DNA of 64,000 nucleotides, from assembly GCA_009103225.1 (NCBI GenBank), contig RHPI01000797.1, forward strand, positions 1,002,457-1,066,456. Reading direction: 5' to 3'. A program made the translations under genes and the position numbers. The notes under the pieces were generated by a model. The model was given only the letters and a program-made list of their open reading frames with translations, ran no database searches and was not told the origin of the DNA. Source of the DNA: Chlorokybus atmophyticus (Eukaryota; Plantae; Mesostigma and Chlorokybus algae). Shown here one piece after another: positions 23,866-33,727 of the stretch (its first letter is position 1; each line of letters starts with the position of its first letter).

Positions 23866-26796
23866 TGTGTGCTATAAAGCTCCGAATTCTATCATATGTT
23901 CAGCTTTATAGCGCGCTGGTAAAACCGTTATAAACCCATGTGTACACTTGAACAAGATTGTGAGAAGTCTACTCAAAAATTACTCAACTTGTGCAATTGT
24001 AGTGTAGAGGGATTGTCCGATTATTGCCATTGTTATTGTTAATGAACTTATTATAGTATAAATGATCATTGACTTCTGCATGTGCGTGATTTTCGCACGC
24101 GCGGTTGACATCACAATCAAAACAAGTTCCAAAGTCACGCGACATTAGAATTGCGGCGCAGCGTTGCAAGGTGCAGTGTGTGTGTTTAAAGCCACGGCCG
24201 TTGCTCTATCTTTGATTTCATATCGGCAACGGCAGCCAGGCCTTTTGCTGAAGGACTTTGTGGTTCAAAATACGCTACCATGACCCCAAATATTTTTGAA
24301 ATTGCAAAAGGCCTACATAAGGCCAAAAGCAATAGCTAATATCATTACGTTGTTGCAATCGTCTTGGTATTCGCAATCTACTTCGCGAGACCATCTTTAC
24401 AACTTTATTTTTGGTTGTGATTGTTACGACGGCCTTCAACTGTTTTGGTTGGCCATTCAGTCGGGCGCTTAGATTGCGGACTACACGTCCGTCACGGTGG
24501 CGGACATCTCGCCACTGCAGCAGCAGCATGATGGCGCGTGTCAGCGTAGACTAGCGCCGGCACACTTAACCATGGCTATCGCGACAGCCGCCCTTTGCGC
24601 ACTCATCCACGTCATGGCCTACAAGGTAGGCAATAAGTTGGGAGCTGCTGGATACGAGGCAGCTCGATAAGTGTGCGCACTCATCACCGCACACTTTGAC
24701 TATGGATTTCCCGCAACACCAACGGGTAGTCCGGCGCGTGTGTAGCTGTGTAGCAATTGTGCACGCTTGTCAGGCGTGCACAGCAACTGTGCACGCCTTG
24801 ACAAGTTGCTTTGGCGTTGGTTGGGTTATTAATTAGCATAAAGTCGGTTTGAAGGTTTAATGTCAATTGAAAGACTTTCCCCGCTACAATTTCTTCTCAT
24901 TACATACGGATCCGCGATGTGCCTCCAGACTAGGTGTATTTGTTGGTTACAACTAGCGCAGTACTGCATGATAATCTCTTTGGAGCATATCAAGTTTGTC
25001 ACCCATCTCGCTTGCACGGCAGAGTTGGCTACCCTCAACATATGATGCACGTACCAGATTACTGACATTTTGCCGCCTCGTACGTATTAGCTCGGTGGGA
25101 TATGCCACCGAAATTGACTGTGGGAAGGCCTTCCCCACACTATGGAGGGGTATGGGGAGCGCCTTCCCATACCATCGTAATTGGATACGAACTTTTGTTG
25201 ATGTGAGAGCGCTACGGGGGTGTACAGGTCTTCATTGAAGTGAAGGTCCAATGCATGTACTTTCGTGTTATATGCACGTATGTGACTAGAACTTATGTGA
25301 CCAGAACGTTCACGCCTCGTTGAGCGATGCACAAGCCCAACTAAGTTGAGTAGATAGAGCTATCCTCGTACACATTCGCAGAACTGACTACTTGGAATGT
25401 TCTTGTTGATGATATGTATGAGGCTTTGTTACAAGTATAGTGTATTGGTGTTCAAATACACTCCAAACATGAAATGAACCAACAAACAAAGCCATATTCC
25501 TCAAATGTCCTCCTCATATATACACATACGTAAATATATACACACAATAATCAATAAGCGTAAACTCAAGCGGCTTGAGAGCGTGGTTTCGAGCACGCTA
25601 TTAAGACTGTCAACAACTTATAGAAGGCACAAATATGGCCCATTGTTATAGTAGCTAAACATGTTTAAAGTATGGTTTTGAAACACGCTTAAACTCCAGG
25701 CCCTTTGTGTTGACACTAAAAAAGGCAAAGTTAAGGCCCATGATAATGGCCAGTATTATATTGCACAGTTGCAATGATGTGTTAGTGCTTGCAGGATATG
25801 TCGCAAGGACTAATTTATTAAGTTCGTTTACGCCGTCATAATCACGGTGGCGCTTGCCTCACGCCACCGCTTACAAGCAACAGCTTTCCCCCGACAAATG
25901 CAACACTTTCGTCGTAACATTTTTATGATGTTTTGGGGTTCCTAACGGTTTTTACAACTTTTCATTGGTTTTTCATGACCCACGTAATTTTGGTTATACG
26001 TTTGATGTCAAGTGCAACCTTGTGCAAACAAATTGTTCAAATGTGCCCTAAATTGGTGTATTTTATCAATGAGAACCAGCACAGCTATGCACCACATCAC
26101 TTTAAAGATTTGTATAGCTTATACTTAATGAGGTGACAACTTTAATATGTGCGCATACGATCAATAACGGAATCACACTAGCCGGAGATGCATGGTAATC
26201 TGCACTCTATAATGGTGCACAACCAATAGTAACCGTCGCAAATTTTACACGGTGACTGACTAAGGACTGAGGGACTGACTGGTGCCTGAGCCTGCCTGAG
26301 CCTGCCTGTTGCTGCCTGAAATATTACTTTTGGACTGTTAAGTTTGCCGTTGGCTTAAGTGGACTAATGCAGACGGCCGTGGGCCGAAAGTGGTTGTCAG
26401 TGGCACTAACCGGCCGAGAGTTGTCAACCAGTTACCCTTTGGTCGATGTGCACAGACGGCCGTTGACCGGTAGTTACGGACAGCTGACAGCAATAGCCGG
26501 CAGTTTCTTTGCCGTTACACTGCTGTTAATATGTGACCCTTGCCATTTGACAAAAGTTGGCAATTCTTGCCGTAAGCCAACACTAACATGCCATGCAGCT
26601 TGTACAAACCTTGGACTGATTGTTTGGTCTTGCACCTAAAAGCCCACAATATATACAATGTACGGGCAGTGGTGAGAGTATGTCCACTTACAACTGAGCA
26701 GCCGACTTGCGCATGAAACTATCCTATAACATTGAGTCTAGCTGTCGGACTCATGCGCAGCTTGTCAACCCGTGGTGCCTGCCTAAGAACTCCTCC

Positions 26797-27652
26797 TCAA
26801 ACCCCCTCCTCCTGTTCCTCCTTCGACGAGTCTTCTGCTTCAACGCCGGAGTCATCTTCATCCGCTGCCTCGCTCGCTGACAGTACAGCGGCTACTTCGT
26901 CCTTCAGCTTGAATGTCAGCGCCTCGCCGTGCACGCGCATGCGCTTGATGGTCGCTTTGAGAGTGACCACCTGCATTTGGTAATGCTGTAAGAGTGGCGT
27001 GCTGCCAGAGGACTAGCCCATCAGCATACACACGCTTACCATGTCATCCGCTTTGTTGCACTCCGCCAGGCAGACAGTCAGCCTGCCGCGCTGCTCTTGG
27101 TTCATTCTGACCAACATGGCAATCTGCAAGCATACTGCTTAATTACCGCTGCAAACATTAAACTAGGTCATAGATTACCCGTTCGTTTGACTCCGCAGCT
27201 TCTCTTTTGCGACTTGTGAGCTCCCGCAAGTAGAAATAGGCTGTGCATTTGCGAGATTGGTCATGCTGTTCATGTGCATGACACTGGAGGTTGTGCATGA
27301 GGGTGTGCATGTCGTATTGACAATGTATGTCAAGTGCAAGATACTTGAGGCTGTGCATGTGCAAGATAAAAGAACCCTAGCATGTGGCATTGACAGTGCA
27401 TCGTAACCCACCTTGGTTATGCCAGTCTTGTTTGGTACCTTCAATCATGTCGCCGTGGTCGCAGCTGCTGGTGGGTCGGATTTTCTTAGAGGCAGTATTG
27501 TGGTGTGCCTTTGCCCACTCGGAGGGGGAGCCCTGTAAGATATCGCCCGAGTCACTGTTGTCATTGGATGTGCCCTTGGTAGTCTTGGTGGGGTTTGACA
27601 CCGAGGACACCCCTCCGGCACCCTGCCCGCCCTGTGCGAACATGGAATTCAT
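26797..27652 (-). CDS. Small orphan 4-exon protein with acidic tail, divergent from the transposase
   Basis: GT-AG exons: M..AQGGQGAGG..DMIE / YLRELTSRKREAAESNER / IAMLVRMNQEQRGRLTVCLAECNKADDM / VVTLKATIKRMRVHGEALTFKLKDEVAAVL..EEQEEGV*. Confidence 0.5.
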
Positions 27653-27812
27653 CCCGGACCTCGACCACAATGCCCACTACGCCCCTGGCAGCGCCGCCAA
27701 CGATCTTCCAAACGCCACATACCCTCGGCATCACGCCCCTGTAAGGGCATAGCTTGGCGGAGCTATCAATGGTGTTTTCATGCGCAGGGGGACTGACATT
27801 GCCAGAGTTGTC

Positions 27813-27998
27813 AATGGTACGAACTGCCATTGCCATTGTACAAAGGTACCATTTCAATGGTACCTTTGTACAATGCCTATACCTTGGGGCAAAGGCATCT
27901 TCGTACCATTGAAACGGTTCAATCAGAATATATATGTATATATATATCCAGACTCACCCTGGACGTTCAATGGCTCGATCGTACCATTATAATGGTAC
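27813..27998. promoter_or_regulatory. GTAC/ATGGTAC dyad cluster 1 (divergent promoter of orphan gene and transposase)
   Basis: 8 GTAC in ~190 bp, including a 20-bp-arm palindrome at 27834-27875 and CGTACCATT-AT-AATGGTACG at 27980-27999. Confidence 0.6.
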
Positions 27999-28169
27999 GA
28001 CGGAGCCAGTGACTGGCGGCCAAGTTTCCCGCCTCTGGCATGCAAGGGTAGCGGTAGCGGTAGCGGTGGCGGTGGCGGTGGCGGCGGCGGCGGCGGCGGC
28101 GGGTGTGCGTGTTGCTGGATATGATGCAGGTTACATTGGCGACACCTGTGTCGACGTTAGTAGTGAGAT

Positions 28170-31100
28170 ATGGGAGTCCTTTGTCCGTATTGCCACATGC
28201 GCTTCGCCACACGCAGCTCGGTCTACATGCACATTATTAGCAGCAGGGTGTGCAAGCAGATCAAGCTGTATGTCGGCCAGCGTCCATTACAGTACGATGC
28301 GGGTCATGTTGAACCGGGGAGTTCGATCCAGGATGCTCACATGCTTGATGCTGAAGGATTCCTCCAGGAGACACACGCACAGCAGCAACAGGAGGAGGAG
28401 GAAGTGAACGAGGGCTTTCGATGTGTGCGTGTGCCTGAGAAACCTGTGGCACGCCAACATGGAAGTGGAGGCGTCCCTTCGCACGCGTCGGAATCCAGGT
28501 GGTATGGCTCGGAGCATGCTCTTGAAGTGGCATTCGTGCAGTGCAACAACGGCCAAGGCCTGTCGGCCTCCGACATGGGGCAGATCATCATGTGCATCCG
28601 AAATGCACACTTCCTGACGGAAGACCTCCAGTGGGAGACCGGTGTGCATGCGGCCAGCTACCTCCAGACCACGATTGCTTTCTCTCAGTCTGAGGTGTGT
28701 TCACGGTGTGCGGTGCATGTGCTTCAACCATCAGAGCCATGTCACATATGCACATGCGAGTGTGCTGCCGTATCAGAACTACGTGACGGCTGACCTGCGC
28801 AAGCCTGGAGACCCTGAGGATCAGGACATCTGCGTCACATATATGCCGGCCAAGGTCTGTGAAATGCAGTACCTAATGCAGTATCGATGCAGTATCTATT
28901 CTGAGGCCAGCATAGTAAGTAATGCTCTTGGTCGGAGCAGGTATGGCTCGCGCGGTTGTATGGCAATCCACATGCCGCCAATGGCTTCAATCTCCAGTAC
29001 ACTGGTGACGAGCACAGCTTTGGCCATCCTTCCACGGGCGATTGGTGGAAGGATGTGGAGGTGGATTTGAGGAGAGAGGTGGGGGAAGCGTCCTACTTGG
29101 CGCCTGCCATTCTGTACAGTGACAAGACCACGCTGGACAGCGCGGGCAAGCGCTCTGGCTACCCTCTGATGGCATCGCTTGCCAACTACAGTTGGGACAT
29201 GTATGCTAGCAACATGGGGGTTGTTATGATAGCGCTTCTGCCGGTGGTTCACGCAGTGGCCGGGCATCCCACCTGGGCGCAGGGCAAGGAATCGTTCTCC
29301 ATTCGGAAACGTGAGATTTTTCATGACGCTTTGAATGTAGTGTTAGGGGATGTGAAGCGGGCGAGTTGGGAAGGTCTGCAGCTCATCGACCCGAATGGCA
29401 TCGAGCGTCGTGTGTTTCCCGCGCTTGCCAACTACATCAGCGATTTGCAGGTAGTGGGCATGAATGGTTGTAACCGGATGCAGCCTGCCAGCAAACAGTG
29501 CATGGAGGATGTTGTCAGTAGAACATCTGAGTTTGTCGTGTTGTAGGAGACTGCCACACTCGCACGCACTGTGTCGGGCAACCAAACACGACATCCTTGC
29601 GATGTTTGTCTCGTCACCAAATCAGATCTGTTGGAGATGGATGAGGACCGGGAATTGAGAACCGAGGCCTTCTACACACCAGCAATACGTCAGCTGCGGG
29701 CGGACCTGCATAGCGGTGTTAGGAATGCACGCCAGACAGCCAAGGCTTTCAAAGAGCAGCACTCCATGCATGTCGAGGAGGTAATGGTCAAATTACCGGC
29801 ATTCGTGAGGATGAATGGCTTTCCGTGAAACCAGGCAATGTGGTTTGGCAACAGAATGCACTGTGGGGTTGGCGACAGTCGCGGGTGCCGGGAGCTGACT
29901 GCTACTCTCGTCTTGCCCCTGACGCAATGCATGTGCTGGGAGGCATCATTGACCACCTGCTTGCTGCTGTGTACGACGCCGCGAAGGAACGAATGCGTCC
30001 ATCCACGAGACAGATTCTGCAGGCCAGGCACGTCTTTGGTGTTGCTTTCGTGTTGAACACAAAAGCCAACAACACGTGCTCACGAGCAGATGTGCACAGG
30101 CTGAATGCATGCAAGGCGACTCTGCGGGTTTCGCACTTCAAGGCACCCACAAGCACAGTAGATTTCTTCCTGTCCGACCACTCCTTTCAGGTGGTGGAGA
30201 AAGTGGCGGTGCTGCAGCTGCTGCCGGTCCTCGCAGACGGTTTGCTGCTCGACAGTGAGGGCAACGATTTCTTCACCATTGCTGCCGCATCGCTTGCCCA
30301 GTGGAACAAGAAGTTGCTGAAGGCGCATGAACACACAAGAGAGACCCTGACCACAGCCGACAACGAGCTGGCTGCCTTCAAAGCTGCAGTGTTGCATCCG
30401 CTACTGTCGTCATATTCTGCACAGAAGTCAGGTTGGAAGATCGAGAAGATGCATCAGCTCACTCATTTTGGGCCGGCAATTGTCAGCAGTGGACACCCAG
30501 ATTGGTTCAGCGCCAACCGCATGGAGCAGACGCACGCCCAAAATATCAAACGGTGGGCGCGTGGTGGCAACAACCGGGACTACCAGGCACGTATCCTGAA
30601 GGCATGGAGCTGTGCGGAATATGTGAGAGAGGATGGCATGGTCGTGGATCCCGAGATGCGCTCGGTCATGGCGCAGGCGCGGCAGCAGTGCTGTAATGTC
30701 ATGGAGAAGACGGACAAGTTGCTACGGATGGATGTGCTGACAAGGAGGGAGTCCAGCCCGTACTGGAGCGGATCTGCGCGTAGCCGCCAAGTCGCCTTGA
30801 AGACTCCATTTGCCGACAAGCTGCCTGCCACCCTGGACAGCTGGTTGAGGAGGGAACAACTGGAGTTGGCCGACGGGTGGCGTGCTGTTCGCGTGGTGAA
30901 CGGAGGCGCAGCGGTGTACATGACATCAGGAGTCAGCATGGCGCGCGCAACTGGGATGTTCCATGGGCGGCCTTGGTTCTCTACACTTGAGTTGGAAGGT
31001 GATGAGGACGGTGTGAACGTGACGTGGTGGGCTCAGGCACTCCTTTTTCTGCGCGTGGTGGTGTGGGGTGGTAGCGGCGAGCGCGTGTGGAAGGAGGTCG

Positions 31101-31312
31101 TGTTTGTCCGCTGGTACACGAAGCTGGATGTGACGAGCGACACAAAGTGCATCGCTCTGGAATGGGAAAAGCGTCGAGGCGGTCCACATCTCGATGTCGT
31201 GACTCTGGAGCAAGTAAAAGGCATTGTCCAGCTGCTCCCCATGTTTGACAAGGACAGCGCCCGTGTACAAGAGGGCAAGTATTGGGTGAACGTTCACTGC
31301 ACTTCCACGTGA
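28170..31312 (+). CDS. Plavaka-family transposase with N-terminal C2H2-like zinc finger, multi-exon, apparently intact
   Basis: CPYCHMRFATRSSVYMHIISSRVC; ILYSDKTTLDSAGKRSGYPLMASLANY; REIFHDALNVVL; DPNGIERRVFPALANYISDLQ|E; CDVCLV; APDAMHVLGG; KMHQLTHF..WFSANRMEQTH..IKRW; C-terminal FVRWY..IVQLLPMF domain. Introns at ~28.70, 28.86, 29.45 and 29.78 kb join in frame. Confidence 0.85.
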
Positions 31313-31515
31313 CACATGTACTTGTCTCACTACTCTGAGTTTGGAGCATATCAGTCAGTTAGGCATTGCTAATCGTATGCTAAGACTTTTGCATGTGGAC
31401 GTGTACAATACCGGGCAGCTGTCACTGCACAACTGTCACCACAATCGAATGATCCATGCAACATTCAACAATCAGTCCGCCGTGTGGCATTAAGCATCAA
31501 TACAGTGCACCACAC

Positions 31516-33244
31516 TCAAGCCTCATAGTTCCATGACACAGGAGGGTAGTCACAGCGCATATCCATTGTTTCAAGCATGAGACGCCCTATGCACTCCGCC
31601 ATTGCGGGAGGAACTGCATTCGCTATGGAAACGGCCGAGGTCATCCATGGCACTCCCAGCGCTGTTTGCCACGCAGCAATGCCGCCCCTGGTGCTTGGAA
31701 GGCCATAGACCGGGTACATCTGCTGTGGCGCGTTTGATGTCACGATTGTCTTCTTCGCGCTAGCGGACAGGTGCGGCGATAGCAGTCCAACTGCCTTGCC
31801 CGCGTGCGAGCAGCGTGCTGGTGGGGTAGCTACCACTGGCTGTGTCTCAAACAGACGGTGTCGGAAAGTTGATAGGCCAAACATCGTGCCACAAAGGGAC
31901 AGATTGGGTCTGAATGAGGAAGCTGCTCCTGGCACATTCTCAATCACAAACTTGACCTGGCTTGCAAGCAGCAGACGTCGGACGAGCGGTATCATATCCT
32001 GGTGTCTCCAGGATGTGCCATGTGCCGCCCGTTGAGGTGCCGGGATAGCACCTGAATAGGCCTGGCATGGTGGACTGGCCCAGATGAGCTCGTACTCGCT
32101 CAGCTCTCCTGCACTCAGTGTGCATACATCGCGGTGTATGAAGGGCAGCGGGTACTCAGAGGAGGGACTTATGTCCATCCCGGTCACGTCAAAGCCTGCG
32201 TGGTATAGACCGACACTGGCACCGCCACCGCCGCAGAATAGGTCGAGTGCCCTTGGTCTGCGTGTGCGTCCCAGCTTGTTGTCAAATGGCGTGTATGTGG
32301 TCAAGGCTGGCCGTGGTGCTGGCCAGGGACTAACAATGATGCCGTCCGGGCTTACTTTGCGACTGACGTTCTCCCCTCCGGCGCGCAGAACATGGCGTGC
32401 CCCGTCAACTGATGTGTACGCGAATACGTTGTGCCCTTTGAAGTTGATGGTTTGTGGTCGATCACCGTCATCGAATACTATACGGTGCTGCCCTGCAAAG
32501 ACATTTTCCATTGCACCATGCATATATGATGCGTCCTCAATCTCGCACGCCACGAAGCGATGCTGACCTGACGCTTGCTTGAATGATTCCACAACGCCCG
32601 CATACCATTCCCCATCCAGCGGCCAATGCACCATGACACTCACACCGATCAGCTGCTCGCATCCCAACTTAACTGCGTTCCGCAGCCGATGCAGTGCGCT
32701 GTCCAACGGTCGATGGTCTGCCTCCTCTACAGCGGCCAGGGGATGGAACTGCCCACGCCCACACCGTGCAAGACTGCTCTGAATGCGACAACAGCTTCAA
32801 CATGCATGAAATAAGCATACGCCCAACATAACATGCAGTGATACGTCGCGGTCCACTCTTGTGGATTACCTCCACAGCATCCACCACCTGTCCACTAACC
32901 ACATGTCCCGGTGTTGTCCATGTGAAGAAGCGCATGGGTTCCCCTCGCCACTCGAAGCATGAGCGCGAGCACGATTCGCACACGCACTGCACGCAATGGA
33001 AAAACTCGGGTTCCTTGCACAGCACTTGGCCGAGGCGGCAGCCAAACACGTCGACATTGTGTGTGGTGTGATGCCAGCAAGCAGCACTAAAACCGTGGCA
33101 CACTGTCTGCACTCGCTGGCATTCGGTCAAGTGTGCTCGCATTTGCTGCCTACGGCCATTGGCACATACGTACGCATTGCATTGTGGGCACACCAAGCAT
33201 GGTCTCCTAGGTGAGGGTGATTCAACTGCTGCCGCCGACATCAT
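31516..33244 (-). CDS. Cys-rich region + Tudor domain + phage-type C5 cytosine DNA methyltransferase
   Basis: MTase motifs I (ALDLFCGGGG), IV (WASPPCQAYS), VI (VIENVPGA), VIII (LCGTMFGL..RHRLFE) and X (NAVPPAMAECIG). Tudor: LIGVSVMVHWPLDGEWYAGVVESFKQAS|GQHRIVFDDGD after removing a 75-nt intron (32493-32567). The upstream Cys-rich exon joins via a predicted intron at 32779-32869 (less certain). Confidence 0.9.
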
Positions 33245-33363
33245 GCAAAATAGGAATCGGCACGGCTGCCCACAAACTGAGCGAGACTTTAGGGTATGGG
33301 CATCAATTTAGGGTTGCCAGCTTACGAACCCTAAATGGGTCAAACTTCAAGTGAAGCACGACT

Positions 33364-33445
33364 GTACCTTATACGCTATTGCAGTACCATGCATGGTACT
33401 ACATCAACATGAATGGTACTCTATCTGTTAATGGTACTACAGTAC
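33364..33445. promoter_or_regulatory. GTAC/ATGGTAC dyad cluster 2 (upstream of the methyltransferase gene)
   Basis: 6 GTAC in ~82 bp; perfect palindrome AGTACCATGCATGGTACT at 33383-33400. Confidence 0.6.
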
Positions 33446-33727
33446 AAGGATACTCGCATACTACCACGATCGTAGAGTAATACTGTGCTGTCATGCCATG
33501 GAACCCAGAGCGCTGTCCGAGTTTGTTGCTGTCAACCACGCTCTAAACCAGCGAGGTATGCAAGCCATGCACTGACTCATGCGCCGGGCAGTCATCATAC
33601 ACATGTACAGCCAATGCTTCTAACAACAGCAGATCTCTGGTGCACCATGCACCATGCTGCAACTATACATGTACCTACATGGTTCACAGGAAGCCAACAC
33701 AAAACTACAATACATGCACAATTGGCA

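Noticed and set aside
25590-25720. Patchy similarity to the reverse complement of 40667-40762 as a TIR
   Set aside because: Only two short imperfect blocks with different spacing; cannot be distinguished from chance.
31516-32706. Bacterial or phage contamination as the source of the methyltransferase
   Set aside because: It is fused to a eukaryotic Tudor domain, has a predicted spliceosomal intron, and is contiguous with intron-containing neighbours with no gap nearby.
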